A DNA stretch of 64,000 nt from Gemmatimonadales bacterium (GCA_965249575.1 OZ252244.1:1056001-1120000), one strand, 5' to 3'; positions 1-10,832 are shown, counted from the stretch's first letter. The notes: a model not told the origin generated them from the letters alone. Made by a program: numbers and translations.

Positions 1-2
1 CC

Positions 3-599
3 ATCTACAACGGAGCGGACGACGATGCGTCCGGCACCATAGCCGTCGTGGAGCTCGCGGAGGCGTTCAGGACGCTCGAGCGTCCACCACGCCGATCTCT
101 CCTCTTCTTGACTGTGAGCGGCGAGGAAAAGGGTCTGTGGGGGAGCGAGTACTTCGCCGACCACCCGCCGGTACCCGCGACGAGTATCGTCGCGAACCTG
201 AACAGCGACATGGTGGGCCGCAACTGGCGTGACACGGTCGTCGTCATCGGCAAGGAGCACTCCGATCTCGGGGCAACGCTGCAGCGGATCAACGCCATGC
301 ATCCGGAGCTCGATATGACGGCCATCGACGACCCTTGGCCGGAGGAGAACTTCTACCGCCGCTCAGACCACTACAATTTCGCGCGCAAGGGAGTGCCGAT
401 TTTGTTTTTCTTCAACGGCACCCACGAAGACTACCACCGCCCGAGCGACGAACCCACGAAGATCGACGCCGAGAAGGAGTCGCGGATCGTCAAGCTACTC
501 TTCTACCTGGGGCTCGAGGTCGCGGAGGTCACTCCCCGACCGAGGTGGGACCCGGAGAGCTACCGCAGCATCGTCGAAGGCGCCTCGGGGAGGCCCTGA
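3..599 (+). CDS. M28 family metallopeptidase (5'-truncated by window edge)
   Basis: Frame is open from base 3: IYNGADDDASG, then SGEEKGLWGS, NLNSDMVG, RSDHYNF and HEDYHRPSD, the M28 zinc-binding motifs. Confidence 0.9.
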   Translation: MYNGADDDASGTIAVVELAEAFRTLERPPRRSLLFLTVSGEEKGLWGSEYFADHPPVPATSIVANLNSDMVGRNWRDTVVVIGKEHSDLGATLQRINAMHPELDMTAIDDPWPEENFYRRSDHYNFARKGVPILFFFNGTHEDYHRPSDEPTKIDAEKESRIVKLLFYLGLEVAEVTPRPRWDPESYRSIVEGASGRP

Positions 600-683
600 G
601 GGGTCTGCTTACCGTCCACCCGTCGGAGCGCCACGGCGATCCACGAGCGGGCCCGACTCCCCAGCCGGTTATATTCAACCCCC

Positions 684-2483
684 ATGCGCCAAGAACGTAT
701 CCGCAATTTCTGCATCGTTGCACACATCGATCACGGCAAATCGACCCTCGCCGACCGCCTCATCGAGGCGACGCGCACGCTCGACAAACGCAGAATGCGG
801 GAGCAGGTCCTCGACACGATGGATCTCGAACGCGAGCGTGGGATTACGATCAAGCTCAACGCGGTGAGGATGCAGTACCGCCCCAATGATGAAGAGCCGT
901 ATGAACTCAACCTGATCGACACGCCAGGCCATGTCGACTTCACGTACGAGGTCTCACGCTCCCTGGCTGCCTGTGAGGGAGCGGTTCTCGTCGTGGACTC
1001 GAGCCAGGGAATCGAGGCCCAGACGGTCAGCAACCTGCTGCTGGCGATGGACGCGGGGCTCGAGATCATCCCGGTCCTCAACAAGATCGATCTACCGGCC
1101 GCCGAGCCCGACCGGCGCGCGCAGGAGCTGTTCGAGCTGATCGGTACGCCTCCAGCCGAGACGCTCCGCGTGTCGGCGAAGGAAGGCCGCGGAATCTCGG
1201 AATTACTCCGCGCGATCGTGCAGCGGGTCCCGGCCCCCGGGGGATCGTCCGACGGCCCTTTCCGAGCGCTGATCTTCGACTCCTACTACGATCGCTTTCG
1301 GGGCGCGATCCCGAGTATCCGCGTCATGGACGGCGAGATCACCCCCGGCATGCACATCGCCTTCGGGTCGCATCCTTCCGACCGGTACGAGGTGGCGGAG
1401 GTGGGCTACTGGCAGCTCGGCCCGCAAAACACCGGGCGCCTACAAACAGGGGAGGTAGGCTACGTCATCGCGAACACGAGGGACGTCCGCGACACTAGGG
1501 TCGGGGACACGGTGCTCGACGCCGACCATCCGGCTTCAGAGACGCTGCCCGGCTATCGGGAAATCAAGTCAATGGTGTTCGCCGGCCTGTACCCGACTGA
1601 CGCCTCGCAGTACGAGGAGCTCAGGGACGCGTTGGCGAAACTTCAACTCAACGACGCGGCGCTCCACTACGTACCTGAATCGTCGGTGGCATTGGGGTTC
1701 GGGTTCCGGTGCGGTTTTCTCGGCCTGCTCCACATGGACATCGTCCGGGAGCGCCTCGAGCGGGAGTTCGATCTCACGCTGATTACCACCGTCCCGAACG
1801 TGGAGTACCACGTACATCGCACGGACAGCGGCGTCGACATCATCGAGAACCCGACCAAGCTCGAGGTCGATTCGCGAGTCGACCGCGTCGAAGAGCCGTT
1901 CGTCAAGGCACGCATCACCGCCCCCTCGGACTACATCGGTTCCATCATGAAGCTGGGTCAAGAACGACGCGGAGTTTACCTGGGCATGCACTACCTCGAC
2001 CCAAGTCGAGTCCAGTTCGAGTGGGAGTTCCCGTTGTCGGAGATCATTCTCGATTTTTACGACCGGCTCAAGACGGTCAGCCGCGGCTTTGCGGCAATGG
2101 ACTACGAGTTCGTCGGCTACCGCCCCAGCCGGTTGATAAAGCTGGATCTCCTCATCAACAACGATGCGGTGGACGCCTTCAGCGTAATCATCCACCGAGA
2201 CAAAGCACACGACTGGGGCAAGAAGCTCGCCGAAAAGCTTCGAGAGTTGATTCCACGCCAGCTCTTCGAGGTGGTCATCCAGGCGGCCATCGGCTCCAAA
2301 GTCATCGCACGCGAGACGGTTCGCCCGCTCCGCAAGAACGTGACAGCCAAGTGTTACGGCGGCGACGTGACCCGGAAGCGAAAGCTGTTGGAGAAGCAGC
2401 GGGAGGGTAAACGCCGCATGAAACAGGTGGGCGTGGTCGAGATTCCCCAGGAGGCGTTCCTCGCCGTCCTGAAGGTCGAGTGA
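684..2483 (+). CDS. lepA: Translation elongation factor 4 (LepA)
   Basis: 599 aa; [45 protein letters not shown]-terminal [28 protein letters not shown]. Confidence 0.99.
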   Translation: MRQERIRNFCIVAHIDHGKSTLADRLIEATRTLDKRRMREQVLDTMDLERERGITIKLNAVRMQYRPNDEEPYELNLIDTPGHVDFTYEVSRSLAACEGAVLVVDSSQGIEAQTVSNLLLAMDAGLEIIPVLNKIDLPAAEPDRRAQELFELIGTPPAETLRVSAKEGRGISELLRAIVQRVPAPGGSSDGPFRALIFDSYYDRFRGAIPSIRVMDGEITPGMHIAFGSHPSDRYEVAEVGYWQLGPQNTGRLQTGEVGYVIANTRDVRDTRVGDTVLDADHPASETLPGYREIKSMVFAGLYPTDASQYEELRDALAKLQLNDAALHYVPESSVALGFGFRCGFLGLLHMDIVRERLEREFDLTLITTVPNVEYHVHRTDSGVDIIENPTKLEVDSRVDRVEEPFVKARITAPSDYIGSIMKLGQERRGVYLGMHYLDPSRVQFEWEFPLSEIILDFYDRLKTVSRGFAAMDYEFVGYRPSRLIKLDLLINNDAVDAFSVIIHRDKAHDWGKKLAEKLRELIPRQLFEVVIQAAIGSKVIARETVRPLRKNVTAKCYGGDVTRKRKLLEKQREGKRRMKQVGVVEIPQEAFLAVLKVE

Positions 2484-3502
2484 CGGACGTCGTCGTGCTG
2501 CAAACCGCCTACCTGGGTGACATGGTCCTCACGACGCCGCTGCTGGAGGCTTTGGCCAAGCGACACGGTCCCGTCGACGTCGTCACGACGTCGGAAGCCG
2601 CTCCGCTCATCGAGACCCATCACGCGGTGCGTACGGTACTCCGGTACGACAAGCGCAGCACCATGCGCGGTGTGGTAGGCAGGTACCGCGTAGCGCGCGA
2701 TATCGCGCGGCGACGCTACGGGTGGGCCTATCTGCCGCACCGCTCGATTGCCAGCTCGCTGATCGCGCGGCTCGCAGGTATACCCCGTCGAGTCGGATTC
2801 GCCGACGCCGCGGGAAGGTGGTGGTACACGTCTCGAGTGGAACGCGCCGGTGTCCACGAGGCCGAGCGGCTGCTGAGCCTCGCCGGCCGCGCGGCGCCGG
2901 CCATGCCATCAATCGTGTTGACGTCTGCTGACCGTCGGGTGGCCGCCCGGGTGCTCCGCTCCGCCGGTGTCGAGCAACCGTTCGTCGCCGTCGCCCCGGG
3001 CTCCGCCTGGAAGACCAAACGCTGGCCCCACTACCGTGAACTCGCGCGACGGATTGGCGTCACGCGAAGCGTCGTGGTCATCGGGTCGCGCCGTGAGCGC
3101 GGCGTGCTGGCCGCGAGTGGCGGGGAACACCCAAGCATCGACCTGGCAGGCCAACTCGGCATTCGTGAGTCGGCCGCCGTGATCGCTGATTCGGCCGCGC
3201 TCGTCGCGAACGATTCCGTGGCCGTTCACTTGGCGCAGGCGACGGGCACACCGGTCGTCGCCGTGTACGGGCCGACGAGCCCGGCATTTGGATTCGGTCC
3301 GCGCGGCCCGGCCGATCTGGTCGTGCAGCTGGACGGGCTCCCGTGCCGTCCCTGCAGCACCCACGGCTCGGAGCGCTGCCCGCTCTCGCACCATCGGTGC
3401 ATGCAAGATCTTTCCGTCGATATCGTCGAACGCGCGCTGGCGGGCGTTCTCGATGGGTCACGGAGTAAGCCGGCTCGGAGACCGGTGTGCACTGGATCGT
3501 AG
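2480..3502 (+). CDS. waaF: Glycosyltransferase family 9 (LPS heptosyltransferase II-like)
   Basis: [53 protein letters not shown]-terminal CRPC..HG..CP..HHRCM; GTGA overlap with lepA. Confidence 0.85.
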   Translation: MTDVVVLQTAYLGDMVLTTPLLEALAKRHGPVDVVTTSEAAPLIETHHAVRTVLRYDKRSTMRGVVGRYRVARDIARRRYGWAYLPHRSIASSLIARLAGIPRRVGFADAAGRWWYTSRVERAGVHEAERLLSLAGRAAPAMPSIVLTSADRRVAARVLRSAGVEQPFVAVAPGSAWKTKRWPHYRELARRIGVTRSVVVIGSRRERGVLAASGGEHPSIDLAGQLGIRESAAVIADSAALVANDSVAVHLAQATGTPVVAVYGPTSPAFGFGPRGPADLVVQLDGLPCRPCSTHGSERCPLSHHRCMQDLSVDIVERALAGVLDGSRSKPARRPVCTGS

Positions 3503-4470
3503 GAGTCGATCTGGGCGGGACGAACATCGTCGTAGCCATCGTGTCGGAGGACGGAGACGTGTTGCACGGACTTCACAAGCGACCGACCCCGCGGCCCTCC
3601 ACTCCGGATGAGGTGGTCGCCAGCATCACGGACATGGTGCGGGCCTCTCTGGCCGACACCCGCAACGTTCTTGGGAAACACGACATCGACGTCCCGGGGA
3701 TCGGCATCGGGTCGCCCGGACCGCTGAACACGGCAACTGGTGTCGTACGCATCTCGCCCAATTTGGGCTGGCGCGACGTACCGCTCCGCCAACTGGTGAG
3801 CGACGCCGTCGGCTATCCAGCCACACTGGAGAACGATGCGAATTGCTCCACGATGGGCGAGTGGTGGCGGGGCGCGGCACGCGGCGCGGACCATGTGGTC
3901 GGTCTGACGATCGGTACTGGAATTGGTGGCGGAATCATGATCGGCGGCGAGATCTTTCACGGCGCGACCGACGTGGCCGGTGAGATCGGGCATACGACCA
4001 TCGATTCGACCGGTCGGCGATGTACATGCGGCAATTACGGCTGCCTCGAAGCATACGCGTCCGGCCCGGCAATCGCGCTGCGGGCCAGGGAAGGAATCGA
4101 AGCGGGTGCGCGTTCCAGCCTCTCGGAGTGTCTGACCGACGGTCCCGAGACGATCACGGCTCAGGCGGTATACGATGCAGCCCAGCGGGGGGATAGTTTT
4201 GCCCTGGACGTCGTCCGAGAAACGGCCCGTTTCCTCGGAATCGGCCTGGCAAACATTGTCAATCTGTTCAACCCCGAGGTCGTCGTCGTGTGCGGCGGCG
4301 TGACCCAGGCTGGAAGACATCTCTTCGATCCCCTGACCGCCGAAGTGAAGCGGCGCGCGTTTCGCCCCGCGGTGGATGCCTGCCGCATCGTGCCCGGCCA
4401 GCTCTCCGGTACGGCCGGCATCTACGGCGCCGTTGGATTCTTCAGGCGACAAATGGGTAATCACTCGTGA
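3487..4470 (+). CDS. ROK family sugar kinase (glucokinase-like)
   Basis: [29 protein letters not shown] and EIGH..CTCGNYGCLEAYAS zinc motif; no N-terminal HTH. Exact start uncertain. Confidence 0.92.
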   Translation: MHWIVGVDLGGTNIVVAIVSEDGDVLHGLHKRPTPRPSTPDEVVASITDMVRASLADTRNVLGKHDIDVPGIGIGSPGPLNTATGVVRISPNLGWRDVPLRQLVSDAVGYPATLENDANCSTMGEWWRGAARGADHVVGLTIGTGIGGGIMIGGEIFHGATDVAGEIGHTTIDSTGRRCTCGNYGCLEAYASGPAIALRAREGIEAGARSSLSECLTDGPETITAQAVYDAAQRGDSFALDVVRETARFLGIGLANIVNLFNPEVVVVCGGVTQAGRHLFDPLTAEVKRRAFRPAVDACRIVPGQLSGTAGIYGAVGFFRRQMGNHS

Positions 4471-5414
4471 AACGGATCGGCGTCATGGGCACCATGGTGT
4501 GGGATTCGATTTACGGGAGGGGGAGAATGCCCGACCGCGTGGAAGAGTGGGGTGGGATTGCATACGCACTCGTGGCCCTCGATGCCGCGTTGCCGCCCTC
4601 GTGGGAGATCGTGCCGCTCATCAAGGTCGGGCGAGACATGGCGCCCAGCGCCAACCAGATACTGTCGAGCCTCGGCCGCCGCGCGGGCGCAGGGCGATTC
4701 GTCGAGGTCCCGCAACCAAACAACCGCGTTACCTTACGGTACGAATCCTTTGCCCGCCGCACCGAACAGCTCAGCGGCGGAGTGCCCGGATGGACGTGGG
4801 ACGAACTGGGCCCGATGGTCCGGGATCTCGACGTCCTGTACGTGAATTTCATCTCGGGCTTCGAGATGACGTTGGAGACCGCGGCGCGGCTGCGGCAGGC
4901 GTTCGCCGGGCCGATCTTCGCGGACCTGCACAGCTTGCTACTGGACATCGCCCCGGACGGATTGCGCGTCCCGCGCTCGCTCCCCGAGCTTCCATCCTGG
5001 TTTTCTTGCTTCGACGTCGTGCAGCTCAACGAGGAAGAAATGGCGCGACTCGGTCCCGACCCGATGGAGGTAGCGGCAAACGCGATCGCCGTAGGCGTCC
5101 GGCTGATGGTGGTGACGATAGGGGAAAAGGGGGCGGTGTATTTCGCTCCACGGCCGTTCGTGTTCGCCCGATCGCGCGACCTCTCGTCCGGCCCCGTTGA
5201 AACGTCCCGGATCCCGACTGAGGTCCCACTCGAGGAGGGGGACCCAACGGGGTGCGGTGACGTGTTCGGCGCTACTCTCGTGGCGGGGCTCATCGCCGGC
5301 GCCGAGCTGGAACCAGCCATCCGCACAGCCAACGCCATCGCGGCCACGAACATGCAATGCCGCGGCGCCCCTGGGCTGCGCGAGCGCTTGCGGGGAGGAA
5401 TCGCTCGGGCATGA
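4467..5414 (+). CDS. PfkB/ribokinase family carbohydrate kinase
   Basis: N-terminal IGVMGTMVWD, WGGIAY, QLNEEE, VTIGEKGA, GDPTGCGDVFGA (PfkB signature 2). Confidence 0.85.
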   Translation: MKRIGVMGTMVWDSIYGRGRMPDRVEEWGGIAYALVALDAALPPSWEIVPLIKVGRDMAPSANQILSSLGRRAGAGRFVEVPQPNNRVTLRYESFARRTEQLSGGVPGWTWDELGPMVRDLDVLYVNFISGFEMTLETAARLRQAFAGPIFADLHSLLLDIAPDGLRVPRSLPELPSWFSCFDVVQLNEEEMARLGPDPMEVAANAIAVGVRLMVVTIGEKGAVYFAPRPFVFARSRDLSSGPVETSRIPTEVPLEEGDPTGCGDVFGATLVAGLIAGAELEPAIRTANAIAATNMQCRGAPGLRERLRGGIARA

Positions 5415-6307
5415 CTCGAGTCGTGGAGGTTCCGACCCAGTTCGACGACCGGACGTTCGATCAGTTCGCGAAGGCCTTTGGTAAGCCGGACGGCGGGCGT
5501 ATGCTGTTCGACGCGCACGCCACCCAGTGGGCCTCTCCGTACGGCCTTCTCGGCCTGCTGAGCGCTGGACAAGCGGTAGCGGAGCACACAGCCGAGCGAC
5601 CGCTCCTCACCGTACCGACGGATCGCGACGTCGCCCGCTACTGGAAACGCGCCGGTTTTTTCCGCGCGGCGGAGGAGTCCTTCGAGTTACATGGCAAGAT
5701 CCCCCGAACACCGGCGGAAGGATCCTCGGACGTTCTTCTAGAGGTCACGCCGATCCGCGGAGCGGACGACGTGCACGGTGCGGTTCACGGGATTCAAGAG
5801 CGGGCGGTTGCGATCCTGGCCAACGATCTCGGTCTCGAAGCCCAGGCGACCATAGGATTCGCTATGGCGCTTTCGGAAGCCTGTCAGAATATTGTAGAGC
5901 ACGCCGGCACCGGGGGATGGGTCGCCGTTCAGACGTACCACTGGCGGCGCCGGCTCGGACGCCGAGTGGTAGTGATTGCGGTCGCGGACGCCGGAGTCGG
6001 GTTTCGACATTCCCTCGAGACGACACAGGCGAAACGATTCGGAGATCGATGGGGCGACGCGGCGGCGCTGGAGGCCGCGCTCATTCAAGGGGTCAGCCGG
6101 TTCCGAGATCCTGGACGAGGGCAGGGACTCGCCGGCATCCGCCGCTACCTGAGTCGCTGGTCGGGGAAGGTCAGCGTTCGCAGCGGCACCGCACGCATCA
6201 CGATCGTCCCACCATGGGACGACGACGTGCCCATGGCCGAGGGGCTGCCCTCCTTTCCCGGTAGCCAGGTACTCATGATCATCCCAGCTCAACATCCCGA
6301 GTCCTGA
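5411..6307 (+). CDS. STAS-like + GHKL/HATPase (anti-sigma/serine-kinase-like) ATP-binding protein
   Basis: ATG at 5411 overlaps the PfkB stop (ATGA) after a GGAGG RBS; N box LSEACQNIVEHAG, G1 VADAGVGF, G2 GRGQGLAG; no HisKA H-box. Confidence 0.75.
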   Translation: MTRVVEVPTQFDDRTFDQFAKAFGKPDGGRMLFDAHATQWASPYGLLGLLSAGQAVAEHTAERPLLTVPTDRDVARYWKRAGFFRAAEESFELHGKIPRTPAEGSSDVLLEVTPIRGADDVHGAVHGIQERAVAILANDLGLEAQATIGFAMALSEACQNIVEHAGTGGWVAVQTYHWRRRLGRRVVVIAVADAGVGFRHSLETTQAKRFGDRWGDAAALEAALIQGVSRFRDPGRGQGLAGIRRYLSRWSGKVSVRSGTARITIVPPWDDDVPMAEGLPSFPGSQVLMIIPAQHPES

Positions 6308-6310
6308 CGC

Positions 6311-6841
6311 ATGCAAGCGATTGACCTTCGAGCCATTCTGAGGCGCACCGTGTCGGGGTTTTACGGCGACTTGGTCACACGACGCACTGGAGCGGCGGTG
6401 CGGGGAGGGATCGAGCAAGTCCTCGCCGAGTCGGACGGCGATCAGGCAGCCGTGATCGACTTCAGTGAGGTCCGCTGTATCGACATGTCCTGCGCCGACG
6501 AGATCGTCGCCAAGCTCCTAGTGGAGCACGGTGAGGCACGGTACTTCGTGCTGCGCGGGATCAGCGAGGCTCAACGCGACGCGATCGAGTGCGTGCTGGA
6601 GCGCCGGCGGTTGGCCGTGGCTGTGGTGGATGCGGACGGACGCCCGGACGTACTCGGTACGATCCCGGATGCGGCGAGGCTGGTGTTCGGCATTCTGGCA
6701 GAAGAGGGGGCGGCAGCGCCCGACGAGGTGGCCGAGCGACTGGCGGTCCCAGCCGACATGGCGCGAGCAGCACTTGAGGACCTACTGGAGCGCCGGCTGA
6801 TCTTCGCCGAAGCGAACGGATATCGGGCGGTAACCGCATGA
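6311..6841 (+). CDS. STAS-like (DUF4325-like) domain protein with C-terminal winged HTH
   Basis: VIDFSEVRCIDMSCADEIVAKL is STAS-like; C-terminal AAPDEVAERLAVPADMARAALEDLLERRLI is wHTH-like. Confidence 0.65.
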   Translation: MQAIDLRAILRRTVSGFYGDLVTRRTGAAVRGGIEQVLAESDGDQAAVIDFSEVRCIDMSCADEIVAKLLVEHGEARYFVLRGISEAQRDAIECVLERRRLAVAVVDADGRPDVLGTIPDAARLVFGILAEEGAAAPDEVAERLAVPADMARAALEDLLERRLIFAEANGYRAVTA

Positions 6842-7995
6842 CCCGGCCACGAAAGTTCGGACCCTCGACCAAGGCGGTCCACGGGCGCCCCGGCACCAAG
6901 CCCGAGGGATCACCGGTTGCGAAGGCCATCGTACAGAGCAGCACATTCGTCAACCTCGTGGGCGAAGACGGCGACTTACTCTATACGCGCTACGGCAACA
7001 ACCCGAATCAAGTCGATCTCGGCGGCAAGCTGGCCCTGCTGGAAGGAGCGGAGGCCGCCATCTTTGTCGCCAGTGGCATGGGAGCGACGGCGCTGGCACA
7101 CATGGCCGTGCTCGGCCCGGGGGATCATCTGATCTCGAGCGACTGGATCTATGGCGGTACCCGCAAGCTCTTCGCCCAGGAATTCAGCCGTCTTGGCATC
7201 GACACGACGTTCGTGAACCCCGCGCAAAAAAGGGGTTGGCGCAGGTATATGCGCAAGAACACGCGCGCCGTGTTCGTCGAGGCCGTGTCGAACCCGCTCA
7301 TGCGGGTTCTGAACATCGACCCCCTGGCAAAGCTCTGCCATGGTGAAGGGCTCGCGCTCCTGGTCGATTCGACGTTTGCAACACCAATCAACTTCCGGCC
7401 GCTGGAACGCGGGGCCGACGCCGTAATCCACAGCGCAACGAAATACCTGAACGGCCACTCCGACGTCATCGCCGGTGCGGTGGCCGGAACCGAGGCTTTC
7501 GTCGAGGAGGTACGAGAACGCATGAAGGTCTGGGGCCAGACACTCGACCCACACGCAGCCTGGCTCACCGACCGCGGCTTGAAAACGCTGGCCGTTCGGA
7601 TGCAGCGACACAATTCCAACGGACTGGCGTTCGGTCAGTGGGCCCAGAGTCGGTCGGAGTTCAGCACAGTGCACTACCCTGGGCTCGAGAGCCACCCGGA
7701 CCACGGGCTCGCGACCGACCTGTTGAGCGGATTCGGCGGACTCGTTGGCCTTCAGGTCAAGGGCGGCGTCCGGGCGACCGAGCGGTTCCTACGTCGGCTC
7801 CGCCTGGCCACCCACGCCCCTAGCCTTGGCGGCGTTGAAACCCTGGTGTCCGAGCCTCGGCTCACCTCGCATGCCAGCCTCTCCGCCGCGGAGCGGAATG
7901 CCCAAGAGATACCCGACGGCTTCGTGCGGGTGAGTCTCGGCGTCGAGGACATCGATGACATCATCGCCGATTTCGAGCATGCGCTGTCGAGCTGA
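6838..7995 (+). CDS. PLP-dependent trans-sulfuration enzyme (cystathionine gamma-synthase/lyase or methionine gamma-lyase family)
   Basis: YTRYGNNP, ASGMGA, IYGGT, VDSTFATP, HSATKYLNGHSDVIAG, SLGGVETL, RVSLGVED. Confidence 0.92.
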   Translation: MTRPRKFGPSTKAVHGRPGTKPEGSPVAKAIVQSSTFVNLVGEDGDLLYTRYGNNPNQVDLGGKLALLEGAEAAIFVASGMGATALAHMAVLGPGDHLISSDWIYGGTRKLFAQEFSRLGIDTTFVNPAQKRGWRRYMRKNTRAVFVEAVSNPLMRVLNIDPLAKLCHGEGLALLVDSTFATPINFRPLERGADAVIHSATKYLNGHSDVIAGAVAGTEAFVEEVRERMKVWGQTLDPHAAWLTDRGLKTLAVRMQRHNSNGLAFGQWAQSRSEFSTVHYPGLESHPDHGLATDLLSGFGGLVGLQVKGGVRATERFLRRLRLATHAPSLGGVETLVSEPRLTSHASLSAAERNAQEIPDGFVRVSLGVEDIDDIIADFEHALSS

Positions 7996-8022
7996 CCAGG
8001 CCGGGGTGAAGCACCTCGTACC

Positions 8023-8718
8023 GTGATCAGATTCACGAACGTCTTCAAGGTGTACCCGAACGGGTCCGTCGCCCTCAAGGACGTGTCGTTCCACATCAAC
8101 AAGAGCGAGTTCGTATTCCTGACGGGACACTCGGGCGCCGGTAAGTCCACAGTGTTGCGCCTGGTGTACGCGGAAGACCTCCCCAACTCCGGCGAGGTCC
8201 GTATTTCGGGATTCAATACGGGAACACTCCTCCGGCGCGAGATTCCGCGGCTTCGCCGCCGCGTGGGAATCGTGTTCCAGGATTTCCGACTCCTCGAAGA
8301 TCGGACCGCGGAAGAGAATGTGGCCTTTGCGCTCGAAGTCACCGCGGCGCGGCGCAGTTCGATCGCTCCGAAGGTGATGCGCGTGCTGGCACAGGTTGGA
8401 CTCGCGGCGAAAGCCCTGGCGCGCCCCCACGAGCTTTCGGGTGGAGAACAGCAGCGTGTCGCCATTGCTCGCGCGCTGGTCAACGATCCGATCGTATTGC
8501 TCGCCGACGAACCGACCGGCAACCTCGATGAACGGGCGACCCGGGGAGTCTTTCAGCTCCTCAGGGACATCAACGCGAACGGTACGGCGGTGATCATGGC
8601 GACTCACAACCTCGACCTGCAGCGCCATACGCCATACCGCACCATCGAGCTGCAGCAGGGAGCCGTGGTCTACGATTCGGTGGCGGACGATCCCGCGTAC
8701 GGCCAGAGCGCCCTATGA
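8023..8718 (+). CDS. ftsE: Cell division ATP-binding protein FtsE
   Basis: GHSGAGKST, IPRLRRRVGIVFQDFRLL, LSGGEQQRVAIARA, LADEPTGNLD; directly upstream of ftsX. Confidence 0.95.
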   Translation: MIRFTNVFKVYPNGSVALKDVSFHINKSEFVFLTGHSGAGKSTVLRLVYAEDLPNSGEVRISGFNTGTLLRREIPRLRRRVGIVFQDFRLLEDRTAEENVAFALEVTAARRSSIAPKVMRVLAQVGLAAKALARPHELSGGEQQRVAIARALVNDPIVLLADEPTGNLDERATRGVFQLLRDINANGTAVIMATHNLDLQRHTPYRTIELQQGAVVYDSVADDPAYGQSAL

Positions 8719-9581
8719 GACTGGTTTTGCGGGAAACCGTATTGTCATTCCGGCGCGCTCCGCTCCTGTCGGGGCTCTCCATCACGACGATCGCGTTCGC
8801 GCTGTTCGTAACCGGCCTTTTCGGCTTGGTGGCGCTGAACGTTCGACAGGCATTGGACCAGGTAGAAGAACGGGTCGAGATCGTCGCCTACCTGATGCGC
8901 GGAACCCCCGTCGAGATAGTCACCGTGGCGATCGGAGACATCCAGAGTTTCCCGGATGTCGCCAGCGTCTCGTACGTGACCGAAGACCAGGCCCTCGAGC
9001 GAGCGCGGACCGAGCTCGTCGAGTTCCAGGGCATCTTCGAGGAGTTCGTGGCCAATCCGCTGCCGGCCTCCCTCGAGATTAAGCTGCAATCTGGATACCG
9101 CGACAGCGAGCACGTGGCTGAGGTTGCCGACCGCCTGCGCGGATTCCCTTTCGTCGAGGACATCCGCTACGGCCGCGACTGGGTGGCGAAGCTCGACCGG
9201 CTCCGGGGAATTGCCGCGGTTGTCGGCCTGGTGATCGGTGGTGCGTTCGCCGCCGCGTCGGTCATCATCATCGCCACGACGATCCGTATGGCCGTGCTCC
9301 AGCGCAGTCGCGAGATCGCGTTGATGCGCCTGGTCGGTGCGACCGACGGGTTCATTCGACAGCCTTTCCTGTTGGAGGGGGGTCTGAAGGGCGCGATTGG
9401 TGGCATGATCGCGGTCGCGCTCAGCTACGCGGCCTTCGTGACGTTGGATCGTCTCCTCATCGAGACGGCGTTCTTCAACGTGGCGCAAGCAGTCGTGATC
9501 ATACTGTTCGGCACAGCTCTCGGACTCGGCGCGAGCGCGGTGAGCGTCGGACGGCACTTACGGAGGGTCAACGCCGGATGA
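8715..9581 (+). CDS. ftsX: Cell division permease FtsX
   Basis: Four TM segments, NPLPASLEI, REIALMRLVGATDGFIRQPFLLEG. Confidence 0.95.
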   Translation: MRLVLRETVLSFRRAPLLSGLSITTIAFALFVTGLFGLVALNVRQALDQVEERVEIVAYLMRGTPVEIVTVAIGDIQSFPDVASVSYVTEDQALERARTELVEFQGIFEEFVANPLPASLEIKLQSGYRDSEHVAEVADRLRGFPFVEDIRYGRDWVAKLDRLRGIAAVVGLVIGGAFAAASVIIIATTIRMAVLQRSREIALMRLVGATDGFIRQPFLLEGGLKGAIGGMIAVALSYAAFVTLDRLLIETAFFNVAQAVVIILFGTALGLGASAVSVGRHLRRVNAG

Positions 9582-10783
9582 AGGGCGTCGCGCTGGCGCT
9601 CGTGGGTGTCGGGCTGGCACTCCTCGCCGGTCAGCCGCAGAACGCCCGCGCCCAGGAGCCGGTCGTCGAGCGGATCCGGGAGAACCGGGAGCGCCTGGAA
9701 GCGATCCGGGTGGAGCGGGATCAACTCCAGTCCGAGCTCGATCGGCTCAGGGGTCGCGCCCACAGCATCAGCGGTGAGTTGGCGAATCTGGAGCGCCAGG
9801 CGGCGGTGACTAATCAGATCGTGAACGAGCTGGATCGACAGATCGGTTCGATGCGCGGCCAACTCGATACACTGACGCTGGAACTCTTGCTCGCCGAGGA
9901 CAATGTGACGGAGAAGCAAGCTGTCTTGGAACGCCGAGTGAGTGACATCTACAAACGCGGCCCAATGTGGGCCTTCGAGGTGATGCTCGCGGCGGAGAGT
10001 TTCGGCGACCTCTTGAGTCGATACAAGTACCTCTACCTCGCCACACGCCACGATCAGGCGCTCGTCGGCGACGTCAGGGATTTGCGCGACCGCATTGCCT
10101 CTCAGCGCCGTCAGTCGGTGAACGTTCGCCAGGAACTCGGCCGGCAACGTGACGAACGCGGCCGCGAGCTGACGAGATATCAACGCCTCGAGCGCGCCCG
10201 CTCGCGCAGCTTGCGGCAGACGCGAGTCTCGGAGCGTCAAGCGGAAAAGCGTCTTGACTCCCTCGCCCGCGATGAAGACCGCCTCAACGATATTCTGGCC
10301 GCACTGGAGCGGGCCCGCCGGCGCAGCCTCGCAATCGGCGGCAACGTCGAGGGGCGGCTCGCCGAGGGGACCATTCACACCAGCGATCTCGGGTCCCTCA
10401 ATTGGCCGGTCGAGGGCCCCGTCCGCTACCAGTTCGGGCGGTTCCGACGGCCCGATGGAACGCACATCCGATACAACGGCATCGGCATCGGCACGCCGGT
10501 CGGCACTCCTGTTCATTCCATCGAGCGTGGCACCATCCGCGTGGCCGAGCCGCTGAATACGTACGGTCCTACGGTAGTCGTGGATCACGGCGGGGGGTTC
10601 TATACGCTCTATCTGTACCTATCGCGCGTCGATGTCTCCGTCGGGCAGGTCGTGGACGCGGGCGCGGTCGTCGGGCTCTCGGGCGGCGAGAACTCCGATG
10701 AAGGCCCGCACCTCGAATTTCAGATTCGGGGCGAGGGGGGCATCGCCTTGGATCCGGTGAACTGGCTGAAGAACAGACGTTGA
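9578..10783 (+). CDS. envC: Murein hydrolase activator EnvC (coiled coil + degenerate M23 domain)
   Basis: Signal peptide, long coiled coil, LNWPVEG, YNGIGI, VVVDHGGG..PHLEFQIR with degenerate zinc ligands; follows ftsEX. Confidence 0.85.
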   Translation: MKGVALALVGVGLALLAGQPQNARAQEPVVERIRENRERLEAIRVERDQLQSELDRLRGRAHSISGELANLERQAAVTNQIVNELDRQIGSMRGQLDTLTLELLLAEDNVTEKQAVLERRVSDIYKRGPMWAFEVMLAAESFGDLLSRYKYLYLATRHDQALVGDVRDLRDRIASQRRQSVNVRQELGRQRDERGRELTRYQRLERARSRSLRQTRVSERQAEKRLDSLARDEDRLNDILAALERARRRSLAIGGNVEGRLAEGTIHTSDLGSLNWPVEGPVRYQFGRFRRPDGTHIRYNGIGIGTPVGTPVHSIERGTIRVAEPLNTYGPTVVVDHGGGFYTLYLYLSRVDVSVGQVVDAGAVVGLSGGENSDEGPHLEFQIRGEGGIALDPVNWLKNRR

Positions 10784-10832
10784 GCATTGCAGCCCCCACC
10801 CCCCCGCTCTGGCCGCGTTATCTTTTACAGGC

